Positions 1-12,770 of a stretch of DNA of 64,000 bases are shown here, piece by piece. A program made the position numbers and the translations under genes. The notes below the pieces were generated by a model. That model was not told where the DNA came from, did not search any database, and saw only the letters and a program-made list of their open reading frames with translations. Position 1 is the first letter of the stretch. Every line of letters starts with the position of its first letter. This DNA comes from Camelus dromedarius (taxonomy: Eukaryota). The DNA lies in contig NC_087437.1 of the NCBI RefSeq assembly GCF_036321535.1, positions 22,570,001-22,634,000 on the forward strand, written 5' to 3'.

Positions 1-708
1 GATGGACATTTAGGCTGTTTCCATGTCTTGGCTATTGTAAATAGTGCTGCTATGAACATTGGGGTGCAGGTGTCATTTTGAGGTAGGGTTCCTTCTGGAT
101 ATATGCCCAGGAGCAGGATTCCTGGGTCATATGGTAAGTCTATTCCTAGTCTTTTGAGGAATCTCCATACTGTTTTCCATAGTGGCTGCACCAAACTACA
201 TTCCCACCAGCAGTGTAGGAGGGTTCCCTTTTCTCCACAGCCTCTCCAGCATTTGTCATTTGTGGACTTTTGAATGATGGCCATTCTGACTGGTGTGAGG
301 TGATACCTCATTGTAGTTTTGATTTGCATTTCTCTGATAATTAGTGATATTGAGCGTTTTTTCATGTGTCTATTGATCATTTGTATGTCTTCCTTGGAAA
401 ATTGCTTGTTTAGGTCTTCTGCCCATTTTTGGATTGGGTTGTTTGTTTTTTTCTTATTAAGTCGTATAAGCTGCTTATATATTCTGGAGATCAAGCCTTT
501 GTTGGTTTCATTTGCAAAAATTTTCTCCCATTCTATAGGTTGTCTTTTTGTTTTACTTATGGTTTCCTTTGCTGTGCAGAAGCTTGTAAGTTCTATTAGG
601 TCCCATTTGTTTATTCTTGCTTTTATTTCTATTGCTTGGGTAGACTGCCCTAGGAGAACATTTTTGAGATGTATGTCAGATAATGTTTTGCCTATATTTT
701 CTTCTAGG
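1..708 (-). mobile_element. Young 5'-truncated LINE-1, ORF2 C-terminal region (runs off the window start)
   Basis: Minus frame 707->3 is open for 235 codons: [12 protein letters not shown]...[15 protein letters not shown]...[18 protein letters not shown] (CCHC knuckle)...[11 protein letters not shown]. Confidence 0.95.
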
Positions 709-3700
709 GGGAGTCCCTGTATTTTTAAGTAGATAACCATATCAGCTCATCTACCAAGTACTTCATTTTGATTTTTATATTTTAAATTTCTATGATTTTA
801 CTTTTAAAATTTCAACTATTCTTGTATTAGGGATATAAATAGTCTTTTATTCCATCTTAGTAAATAATTATACATGTCTTGGACTTTGGTTTTCTATAGT
901 TTCATTTCCCCATGACACTGATCTCATCTGTTTTCATAATCTATATCGTCAGTGTAATCTTGCTTCTAAAATCCCAACAGATTTTTACCTTTTAAATTGG
1001 GATAGATGTATGTCCCACTTCTTTATCCCACTGAAGCTTCCATCTTGATGAAATTAGAAAGCAGACTTGAAGAGGTGCACTGACTTGCTCAATGGCATGA
1101 AGTCAGTAAATGATAGAGTCATCATCCAGACTCCCAGCCCAGCCTTCACTTCACGGACAAAGTAAAACACACGATCTACACATGAGGTATGTTCTAATTA
1201 AAATTCCTCCACCAAAACTTTTACCAGAATGACTAATAAAACAAAATTGAATGCATATATGTATATATTTTTTAGCTTTCACAGCTTCGTCTTATAAACA
1301 TGCTAATGAAAAGGCTAAAAGCAAACTGCTATTAGAACGATAGACAATATCTGAAAGTATAAGTGGTCAACAGTCACATCATTGAGAATTAACTCCACTT
1401 AGAAGATGATATCCTAATGTTCATAAAAACAAAGTAGGCAGGTGAAGGTGGAGATGGGGTTAAAGATCAAAAGGGATAAACCTCCAAATATATTATGGTT
1501 AGGATTTAATTTAGTGGCAGCAGGTAAAGCATGCTCACATCAATGGCATTAGATCAAATCTGACCATTTAACTGCCATTCTGGGAATAAGCTATTTGGCA
1601 CAGGCTTCAGAATTTGACTTTCATATGTTTAATTGAATGAAGTACCTTTAAAAAAATCAGGTGAAGCCACATTATGATTTTGCTACTATAGGATAATGCC
1701 ATCAAGCATGTGGTCTGGATTTTATGTTTCACTTCATATAAGAATTCACTGGGCACTCACTCCACTTTCTTTTGAAATGAGAAACTCTTGCTGTTAACCC
1801 ATGAAGAACAAACTAAATAGTGAAAGAATTTTTTCCTTTTCACTTCAACACTGCCTACCATTCTGGCAATGAAAAAAATGATGTATTTGAGGACCCTGGG
1901 ACAGGAAAATTGATAAGAGCTCCCAACTTCTTTCCCATAAACAACCAATATTTTAAAGCTATTAACACAGGAGCTGGCCATTCAAAGACAGTTCATTTAT
2001 CATCCAAAGCTGGCAAGGGTGTCAGGCGTTATAGTCACGCTCTGAAAAATAGGCCCTGAGTTCACCCTCTATGGCTGAACAGCTGCTCCTTCCCAAAGTT
2101 TTAATCAGATTCCCTGAGAATTACATGCCACGGTAATGCAGAGCCCACATAAAACCTGCAATAAGCCTGCCATGTAAATTAATTATGGAGCCCAAGTAAT
2201 ATGAACAGACTATATTCTCCAGGCCAAGAGAGAGCTTTTAATTTAGACCAAAATTTTGATTGCATATTGATTTGGCCCCTTGTTCTCTGGAATATATTTT
2301 TTCTTGGAAAATTTTCAGAATTGATCACCTCAAATAAATGGTTCTTAAGAATGAGAAGTCAAGCTTAAGCACATGGGAAAGGAAATATGCCTGAGGACAC
2401 ACAAAAAATCTTAACCCAGAGTTCTTAAAATATAAAGTCTTGTCTTTTTGTTTAGATTCACTTCCCTCTACCTCTGAGGTGAGAGCCATAGTTTTCTTCA
2501 GATTCTAAAAGAAGTTTATAACCTCCTCCCCAAAAGTTTAATGTGTAGCGTTTTAGATCATGTTATTAATAAAAGCCAGTTTGACAACCTTTGGAAATCT
2601 TAGCTCACGTGAAGCCAAAGCCAAGATTGATTCTTCTCATGGATGTCCCTGATACGTAGTTATGAATTATTCCCCATCACTAGGTCACTGTGTTTGAATA
2701 TATGCCACTGGTCACAACACAGAGAAGGAGAGGGAATCACTATAAATCCCCCACCAGATATTAAAGGATATTAAATAGAGACAAATGGCATTCATGTATA
2801 GTGATAAAAGTGGAATGTATCACTTTCTCCCCAGAAGAAGGACTGATTAGTCACAGAAGAACTGTGAAGAATCACAGAATCAAATACTGCAAATGACCAT
2901 CTCAGCTTTATGTAGTGGGGAGAGAGCAAGATTTACTTATCCTAACAAACTCTGAGTAGTTTTAAATGCCTAAATGTTGCTATGGATTTGGTGGGGGAGG
3001 GGTGGTTTCCTACCACTTCAAAATTCCAAGTTCCATTGGGGGAAAAATACCTTTTTTGTGTGAAAGATGCAGATAAACATAACTCATCGGTCTACCTTTC
3101 ATCTGTCCCCTTACTGACCATATAACCCTCTGGATGTTATTTGTCTTTATATACAGGTCTGCCTACAAGGGAAAATTGCATTTATCATATGATCTTTGGG
3201 GTACTTGAAATCCCGGTGACAGTAATTTCCTGTGGCGAATTAATAAAGTGGGTGCTAATTATGATTCAGCTTCCTAAGTAGCTTAACTATAGAACAAAAA
3301 TGAGCTATCTTGCTAACATGGATATTCTGGTTCATAGATCAGTAATTTCTTGGTGTTTATTACATCAGCACCTTAGTACCCACCTCTGCCTCACACATAC
3401 TTTTCATACTGCAAGTCACTCTCTTAGTACATGGCTGGTCATCCTGGGCCCAGACTAGAGAACATCACCAGGTTCTTCAATGTAGAGAGAGAGCCAAAAT
3501 TTCAAACAGAGGCTACCATGAATAAGGAGCTACCATGACTTAGTGTCAGAAGACAGAACTACCTCTTCCAGCTGTTTCTCAAAACTGGTTCATTGCCTAA
3601 AACGTTGGCTCAAAGTCACTTGTGTACATAAAGGACCATATTTTAAAGAATCTCCATCATACAGCTGATGGAGATATCAGCAACTGGTGTGGCAGAAAAT

Positions 3701-4439
3701 GTCCCCCACTTTACATCTAGGGAGCTTTCCTCTTCCTAGGACTTAGCAAGAACTGAACAGATGAGTTCCTAGTGTGGATCATAAATCTAACAATAAAAGA
3801 ATGCAAGGCAATCAGAATAGAGGGTAAGCAAAACTAGGAAGACAATGAGAAAGATGAACAGACTCCAGACAGAACATGACAAGGCCCACACTTGAGACAC
3901 TAGGGGTACAAAGGAGAGAGCCTATAATATTGAACAGAAAAATGGAAAGGTCCCAGGGAAGGTACTTTACCAGCTCCCATTAAAAAGATACATTATTATA
4001 TTTCTAAATTCTATACATCAGTATAGAAATACTTTGTACAGTTTGAAATTATAAATTGATTCCAGCATTTCTAACCCAAACTGGAAAGAATTATCTGTTG
4101 TTAGACTCTTTTGTGCCATTTTGAGAAACATTTTGATGAACATAGCTACTTGAGTGAGAATTGGATTGCTTTAAAATAGCTCTTTTGCTGTGTCTCCACT
4201 TCCTCTACAAAACATCATCTCTCCTTTCACTATCATTTAATGTTCACCATCTTTGAATATTATAGTGGATAATATTATTTCTACCATAATTTACCCCTCC
4301 CCATTAATCATCATCATTATTAACACCACAGTCATTCCTTATTATATTTATGGTTATTGCATCCATTTATTTGCTCACCATGCCTTGTTTTCCATTCCTT
4401 TGTGAATTCAGTTTCCTATTTCTATCATTGATTATCTAT

Positions 4440-5280
4440 GAGTGGTTAACTGTCTAGTTGAAAATTTCTTTATTTCATCCTTTCCCTTGAATGGTATTTC
4501 AGTTGAATTCAGAACCTTGATTGCAGGTTACTTTCCCTTGATATTTTGTACATATTATTCTACTGTCCTCTGGCAGCTATTACTGCTAATGAGAAAACTG
4601 CTGCGATCCAAATTATGTTCCATTGTAAGTAATTCATCTTTCCTCTCTGGTTGCTTTTTAAGATTTCACTTTGTCTTTGATGAGCCTACATTTCACTATA
4701 ATATATTTGGATGTAGGTTAGTTTTAATTTATCCAGCTCTGGACATAATATGTTACTTCACTTTTTCTCTTCAATTCTGGAAAATCATCATCCATTATCT
4801 CATCAAATATTGCCACAGATCAATTTTGCTCTGCATTCTGGGTCATTTGCAAACTCTTTCTTCTGATTAACCAGCTGGATTTTATATGACATTTATCTCA
4901 TCCACTTAGTTTTTAAGGTTTTAAGGTTTTAATTCCAGTATCTGCATTTTTCATTTTGAAACATTCTTTTGTTTCCTATTTTACTGTTCTTTCCTAACTT
5001 TTTTCTGCTACTCCATTTATCTCTTTAGTCATTTTAATATGCTCATTTTATAATTTATCTCAAATTTTGTAATTTTTGTTTAGTTCCTTAGGGTGCTTAT
5101 TCTTTTGAGTTAATATCCTGAAGTTTCTTCATAGTGGAGTTACTTCCTTTGTGGCTTCTAAATTTTTATTGTGAATTCACTTTCAGGAAGGGTTTTTTGT
5201 TTTTTTGTTTTGTTTTTTTAACTGTGGGATTTCCATGTGTTTGGGTTGAAATAGTATCACTTCAGAGCAGTTTAGCATAT
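4440..5280 (-). mobile_element. Ancient L1/HAL1-like fragment (ORF1-region-like)
   Basis: T-rich degenerate sequence resembling the antisense of old L1 ORF1 (e.g. ...ttactgctaatgagaaaactgctg...ctctctggttgctttttaagattt...). Boundaries are approximate. Confidence 0.5.
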
Positions 5281-5869
5281 TTGGAAATAAAGAAAGGGAA
5301 ATAAGACTGGGGCAGGTGTTTTAATAGTCCTAAAAACTTTTAATGTTATTTCATTGGCATATATTTCTTATATCATAACTTCCCAAGCCAGGGATTTTGA
5401 TGCAAAATCCAGATAGATGGCAAATTTCCCTACTATTTCTTAAGGCTGATGGACAGAGCCTGTGTGATGGAGGGAGCCCTTTGAGACTGCAGGCTCTATT
5501 CAAAGAACTTTCCTCAAGATCTGTTACCATGAGTGAGCCTACAAAAGACAGGGTTCTGATTTCCACATGGAAACGGCACTCTGGCTCTAAAACCTCTGGG
5601 TCTATGTCCTATACAAAATCACATGGCCACTGACAGTGGTAGCTTCTCACTCTTGCCTTGATTTCTCTCGGTTCTCATACCTAGAGAATTTCCTTTTCTC
5701 TTCTTCAAATCGAATCTGCATTTAGAAAATAATTTTTGCCTTTTTACATGAAACTTTTTTTTTAAGCTTGTAATGACATAGGGACAGCTGATTCACTTTA
5801 ATCCACCACGTTCTGAACATTCTATTATTGTGAAATATAGTAGTTGTTCTGGGATGCCCATTATACTTG

Positions 5870-6335
5870 TCTTCCAATTGTTTTCTTCTGACAATACAGT
5901 CCATGCAACTGGCCACAGGGATGGGGATATGATTCAGATCTGGCCAATCACCATGTGTAATTCCCATGGAGTACTATGTGATTGGCCTAGGGGTGATCTT
6001 CTGATACAAGCAGAGCCAGTGGGAATCCTTTTCTGTGGCTGATATGCAAACATGGTGAGAATTAAGTGTCACTTTGAGCTAGAACCATATAAGCCTGGAG
6101 ATGCCATTAGTCATCCTCTCCTGCTCTGGGGTCATCTATCTGCACAGTCATCTATCTGTACTAGGAAAAAATGATACTTGCACTCAGATGGAATCAGGGC
6201 CAAGAAAGAAAAAGGAAGAATAGACATATTCGAATCCCTAAGTCCCAGCATGCCCAGAGTCAGGGCAATCCCTGTTAAGTAGGTCAGTGAATTCTGCTTA
6301 AGCTAATTTGAATTGGGTTTCTGTCACTTACATCT
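5870..6335 (+). mobile_element. Old MaLR solo LTR (MLT1K/L-like)
   Basis: Contains gattggcctaggggtg...caagcagagccagtgggaatcc and the typical 3' end gcttaagctaatttgaattgggtttctgtcactta. Confidence 0.6.
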
Positions 6336-8329
6336 GACTTATACACCAATAAATTAAAGTACAATGGAGTTGAGATAAGAAGGCATCAACATGGGTTTCT
6401 TATATTTATTAATTTTTGGCAGGTCAGTTTGTCGTGCTTGGCTTGACATGAAGCAAAGCAAGTTCTGAGTTCCGGAGAAGCGGTGAGTAAATGTCAGATC
6501 TAATCTGAGAGACAAGAGGACAGAGTCACAGGATAAAGCCAAGGTCAACTTTCAGTAATCTGAATGGAGACATTAAGAGCTAGGATAGGGGAGATGCCAG
6601 TCATAGTCAGGAAACAGGAAGCAGGGATCAGGAATGAGAAAAAACTAACAAAGCTGAAGCAGCAGGCAGGGGTGTGGGCCACAAACACTGGGCGTTCTGA
6701 CTTAAACTGGAGGTCAGCTGAGCTTTGCCTCCCAGCTGCTTCTAAAATGCCAAGACGTATTCCCATTCCTGCTAGGTGATGCCACCTGGTGTCCAAAGAA
6801 TGAAGCTGACATAGAATTGACTGCCAGGGCAAGGAATCCTTAAGCAAAAAGGGCCATAATTTTTTAAAAATTATGTATCACAGCAGTATCTGGACAGGCA
6901 TCAAAATAAATGCGTTTCATGCTGATTATCAGTTTCCAAGGCAAATATCAAAGTGAATTACCTCAGAAAGATGTGTCAAGATATAAGAAATTTGTTTTCA
7001 AGTTAAGCAGATCCATGAGAAATAGTATACTTTCTGGTTGTGATAACAGTTTCGGTTCATTTCTCATCAAAAGGAGATACCTTCTTATCACCTCCGTGTG
7101 TACAGTTATGGGTCAAATGGGAGAAGAAGTAGAGCTAATGAGGATAACTAACAAGGCTTTCCAAATATTTGAAAGAAGTAGTATGAAGAATATTAAACAT
7201 CCATCCTCTCGATTTTAATGAGAGGATTAGTAAAATGTCCCCACCTGTATTTGAAAGGGTATATTATCTCACTCATTCAGGGATTATTTGAGAACCTTCC
7301 AGACAATTAGCTGCATGTCGTGGGGGTTGGAGAAAAGTATAACTTGCCTTCAAGGAGCTTGTAATCTACTTAGAGATGATGGTACCTAGAGAAATAATAG
7401 ATTTCCTTAGTGATGTATGTTTAGAACCAATCCCTACACAGCTGTTTTCTGGGGTAATTTTTAGAGCAAGTTTTTGTTGCACATATTAAGTCCTGCTATA
7501 GGTAACATTTCCCTACTTCAGTGAGGAGTTGAGGCAGGGACCGGTGACTGTGCCTGCCCATCCAGCTGTATCACCAACACTCAGCGTAACATCTGGCACA
7601 TACAGATCCTTAGTGCATTTCTGTTGAACAGCTGGATGACATCTCAGGGTTCTTCTTAGTTGCATGAACCTCACAGCCATCCCATTAATTTTCATGTTAA
7701 ATTTCCCTTAAGATGCATAGGCTATAAGAAATGTGGTCTTTCAAAATGTCACTCACTCTAAGTGCCAAGCATTTGGCAGTTACACACTTTAAATGACATT
7801 TTCTAGCAAGAACCTCTAACCAGCTTAACACTCTTACTCAAAAAAGAGAAAATCAGTGCTTCATTTCTCACTCTCTTTTAATAATCTGCATTGAGTTTCC
7901 TTAGAAACATTTGCTTAACAGACAATTAAAAGCACCTAGTATGTATTTGCTGTCATCCAAGAGTCAGCTGTTTAATGAGGTTCATATTTTATCTCTGAGA
8001 AAATCTGGAGATATTTACAAACTATGGAATTATTTCACAAGAAGATGTTTCAGTACAATGCTGGCAATATTTCAGTTTTGTGGATAAACGGCTGAGAACA
8101 CTCAACATCTTCTTTCTCCTATTTCATTGGTAGAAAAATATTTCAGACTTAAACCTCTGTAGAATCTGCATTTAAATGAAGATTGCCAATTATCAAGTAT
8201 GTTAATGGAGGATTCTTTGGACCAGGGTTAATCATAAGTAGTTTAATCTATTCCCAATAAATACATATGAGCAAAAAGAAGAAAATAAAAATCACCTGTG
8301 ACTCCCACCTAACACTTACTATTTTACAT

Positions 8330-9420
8330 ACAAATTATACTTGTAATGTGTTATACACACACCCTTGCATGCATACACATGAATTTGGCTCTGATTTTTT
8401 TGAACCAAAATAGTATACATCATTTTAAAATTTTCCCATTTTCTTTAAAAATGTATTGTGAATATCTTTTAACATTAATACATTTTTTTCTATCTTTTTG
8501 GATGTCTGCATAGGATTTCATGATATTAGTATATTCTAATTTATTTAACCATCTAGTAACTTATGTACAACTTCTTGCTCAAATCAGTGCACTCATCTTC
8601 ATGGAGAAGTTTTTGCACACGCCCTTAATTTCTTCTTAGGATAAGTTTCTAGAAATGAAATAAATGGATGGAAGGATTCACAAATTCTAATGACTCTATA
8701 AATGCTGCCATATGGCCTTTGTAAAAGTTTCATTCCTCTTCTCTTTCACTAGTAATGTAGGAACGCTCACATTTCCCTAAACTTTGATTTACCCCAATTA
8801 TGACTGATGTGGTTTTGGTTTTTTGTTGTTTTTTTGGGGGGGGGTTCTGAAAATTTGAAGATTTGGGAGGCAAAGCAGATACTCCATTGTTGGTTTAATT
8901 TGTTTTATTACTAGTAAAGCTGATCTTATTTAGTAGAGTATTGGCCATTTATGTTTCTTCGCTTGCTCATTATCTACTTACATCCTTTGTTCATTTTTCT
9001 ATTATGCTTACCTTTTCTTTATTGGTCTTTTGTAACAGGAGTAACAGCAGTAGCTAACATCTAATGTTTATTGAGTGTTATGAGCCACGCCCTGTTCCAA
9101 GCGTTTTACGTTTAATCCCACCCAACAAGGTAAGTGCTGTTACCATCTCTATTTTATAAATGACGTGTCTGGGGTACAGAGAGATTAAGTACTTTACCTC
9201 AGGTAACATTACTAGTACATTTGGTATGTTAAAAAGATGAACAATTCATTATGTATATTATAAAGACCATTAACCTATCGACATGTGTGTTGAAACTGCT
9301 TTCCTTGATTTATCCTTCCTCATTTAATTTTGCTTGTAGTGACTTTTGCCTGCTAGGATTTCTTAACTCTATTGCCATCAAATAAATTGCCTTTTTTTTT
9401 ATAGTTTCTACTTTTGATAT
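8330..9420 (-). mobile_element. Old L1ME-like fragment interrupted by a MIR (about 9050-9215)
   Basis: Degenerate antisense L1 motifs (attggccatttatgtttcttc, atcctttgttcatttttctatt). MIR-like tttattgagtgtt...ccatctctattttata...acagagagattaagtac. Confidence 0.5.
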
Positions 9421-10616
9421 TTGATCACCTGAAGAATAGTTTGGATAAATATAATTCAAATACATACAAATATTCAGACAGTATGAAAGGATTTGAAATA
9501 AAGAATTAAATTATCTTTTCCCCCTTTATCATGGTCCTACGTAGCAAAAGTATCTCCTTTTAACCATTTATATATTTATTTCTTCCAATAGCTGCCCTAT
9601 GACCCTAAATAATATATATAACCTCCATTTCTTGATTTATCAACTTCACATGCATATATTGAGTTCTTACTGTGAGAAATGTGGCCTTTTAGGTAACAGT
9701 CCTGTCTTTCCCTCTCTCCCCACCAATTAACTTCCACAAGTGATATCAATTTTGGTGGGAATACCTGTATAACTTTAAGTAATACATTTCAACCTCTAGT
9801 TCTTGATTTATCAGCTTCAAACAGGATGCCTTAACTAAGTGGTTCATTCCTAATGGGGGAAATCACATGTAAAAATTGTTATTCTCCTATTCCTTGGATC
9901 ATGAAATACCATATTTAAGAAGGAATGCTTCACTAGAAGCAGGTCTATCTTTAGTCATTTCAATGAAACCAGAGAGAACTGTGTAAGTAGAATGAAGGAT
10001 ACTGATATAAATGACTGTATAAATTATACTAAGCATATACTTACAAGCATAGACTATGTAGATTATATAGATTATAGAGCCTTTCCAACTATATTGCTTT
10101 ATTTATTGCCCAGGATAATTTTGTAACATATATAGAATGACTGTTCTTACGTATTATAGGTAAGGAAATAAGCGTGAAGAGTTTTGGGCCATATAAAGTC
10201 ACTGTCGTGGTCTTTTAGGTTTTGTTTTGTTTCTAAGCAGCATCCACTTCTCCTTTTTGTGGCAGCTTCACTCTCAGCAATAACCCCACTTTTGCCCAGG
10301 CTCAGTTCATGTGCTTCCAAGTAAAACCAATTATTGCCTTCAACTCATGAAGAATGTGACTTAGACCTGAAACAATAAATACCGCACATTTCCCCTGCCA
10401 CAAGTGGGTCTGGAAACGGCATAAGAATCTGAAAGATGTGCTAAGATTTGGGCTGGGAATAATGGGCCAAAGATTCCTGCTCTATTCTCCTTAAGAGAGA
10501 TACAGCCCAGGGAGATGCTGGCAGCCATCTTGTGCCCAGGTGAGGGAGGTAACCCTGAAGAAGCTGCATAAGGAGAGGATCCTGTGTATTTCACTGGATC
10601 CTTTCCTGAGCCATTT

Positions 10617-10647
<31 letters not shown>

Positions 10648-10679
10648 GCAGGGTGAGGAAGGTAATTAGGTTCGTTTGT

Positions 10680-10762
<83 letters not shown>

Positions 10763-10854
10763 TTTCAGTGGCAGTACTGGGGATTGAACTCAGGACCTCA
10801 TGCATGCTAAGCATGCCAAGCATGTCCTCTACCACTGAGCTATACCCTCCCCAG
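10617..10854 (-). mobile_element. tRNA-derived SINE, camelid Vic-1-like, with internal (TTTA)n and poly(A) tail; inserted in an old MLT1-like LTR (about 10200-10950)
   Basis: The minus strand reads ggggagggtatagctcagtggtagag (A box)...gagttcaatcccc (B box). Perfect 12-bp TSD cctgagccattt at 10605-10616 and 10855-10866. Confidence 0.9.
10679..10765. repeat. (TTTA)n microsatellite, about 21-22 units
   Basis: Directly visible perfect tetranucleotide array inside the SINE. Confidence 0.98.
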
Positions 10855-11899
10855 CCTGAGCCATTTCTACTCCGGCTGCTCAATTTCATGAGTCAACACA
10901 GATTCCTTTTGTGTTTAGTCCAGTTTGGGTTGGTTTCATGTCAACTGTAATAATCACACACTTAATTTACGGCAATCCTGACATCAGCTCTTTTGACTTA
11001 AATCTAGGGCTCTTTCTACTTTGCCATGATGCTTCTGAAAGTAAGATCATTGTTCAGGTTTTGGGAACACATACCCTTCAAGACATATTTAATATATCTT
11101 TGCCTTCCTTCATAGCCTATTAAGCAATTTTTAGAAATGCAAATCCATCACGTGGAATTCATTCACTCATGAACATGGACGCATGACATATTTGGGCATG
11201 ATACTCCCTATATACTTGAAATAACAGTATGGATCAGAGACAACCTAACTTCAAAACTTTTATTAAATTAAGTTACTTTTAATTTAAAATAAACAATTCT
11301 GGATCGTTTTAAGACATAATGCACCATCTAACACCCACTGCTGTGTGTAAAAGTTGCAGTCATAAAATTCAATTGTACCTTAGTTGTCTGAAATTCAGAG
11401 CACATTTAACCTAAGAAACAGTATTATAATGAGTTATTTACTTCATAGACTAGCACAGAAAAGCTGATTTAATCTAAAATGTGGCTAGGTTACTGTGTAT
11501 TTGAATGAAAAATACTAAAGCACAGTACTGTCATAACACTAAAAATGAAAAAATTTTAAAATACTAAGAAGATGGTTCTTAAACAAGGAGGTTTGCTGGT
11601 GGAAGATGGGAGAGTAAATGAAAGTGTGTGGCCATTCCAAAGAGGCTTTGGAGGTACTGTCAAGGCCACAGTGGTCGATGATTTAGGTTCTTTCCTTGAT
11701 TTCACATCAAAATGTGTAACTTTTCTTTTCCATGGTACAATAAAAGGTCTATCTCTATTCTTGAATTTCAAAACCACACAAAGGTGGAACTGAGAAAGGA
11801 AAAATACAGAAGACATTTTCATTTGCTCTTTTAATGTATATTTCAAAGACTCCATCTTCAAAAAGTTACTATCTAGAAACACAAATATATGTGTAAACT

Positions 11900-12770
11900 G
11901 AATATTGCACTGTTATGCTGGAAGCACATACAGGAGTGGAGTAGGGACGTAGCAGGTGGCCTAGTGGTTCCTGAAAGAGGAGATTGAGATATGTGGTGAA
12001 TGACTTGATTAGGAAGAAACAGAAGTTGGGAAGGAGACAGCTTTGTGTGTGTAAACAAAGTCAGGTTACAAGCCAGAGAGTTGTGTCTGGGCACTGTGCA
12101 AAGTTTAGAGTAAAGGAAGAGAAAAATAGAGAGACAAAGGTTTGAACTTCTGGTCTGAAAGTCATGGAAAACTTAAATAGGGATCTTCCATGTGAAGTAG
12201 AAGATACTTGGAAGAGAGAGCATGGGGATGTGGCATTAAAAGGAGAGGGAATGTGTGTGTAAGTAGATGCATCAAAAGACATTGTCATAAGTTCTGTAGA
12301 CTGTTTAAGGAGCAAGTGAGAAAAGCAGAGTACAACATGTGGAAAGTTGTGCCAGGTGAAAGAAGAAGTGGTCAACAACAGTCAGCACTGGTGGACATAG
12401 TCCAGACCCAGGACAGTGTAGGTACAGGTGGCCCTCCGTATTTGTGAGTTCCTAATCGAACTATCCGGGGTTAGTTGACAGTGCAGATATGGAACCTGCG
12501 GATACAGAGGGCTGACTGTACTATGCTATTTTGTATATAGGACTTAATCATCCATGGATTTCGGTATCTTCAGGGGTCCTGGAACCAATCCCTTATAGAC
12601 AGAGAGCTGATTGTACATAACACTCAGTAGAGTGCTTGGAAGGGGCTGGTGGAGTCCAAACGCACCAGGCGGAAGAAAGAGCCTGCAGATTTCAATGTGT
12701 GGAAGTTTCTGGATCAAGTATTCCTAAATTAGAGTTACCATGATTTTAAAGTTGAAATTCATTAGGTTCA
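11900..12770. mobile_element. Possible ancient LINE relic (L4/RTE-X-like), interrupted by a MITE
   Basis: Degenerate purine-rich sequence resembling old non-L1 LINE relics, by recall only. Confidence 0.3.
12425..12613. mobile_element. TcMar-Tigger MITE (MER2/MER8-like)
   Basis: Flanked by TA. The left TIR is caggtggccctccgtat and the degenerate right TIR is agacagagagctgattg. The internal ggggtcctggaaccaatccc is typical of the MER2 group. Confidence 0.75.

Noticed and set aside
319..732. 137-aa hydrophobic ORF on the plus strand
   Set aside because: It is the antisense frame of L1 ORF2.
4442..4870. 142-aa ORF
   Set aside because: It lies in a T-rich old LINE-like relic, with no splice or domain support.
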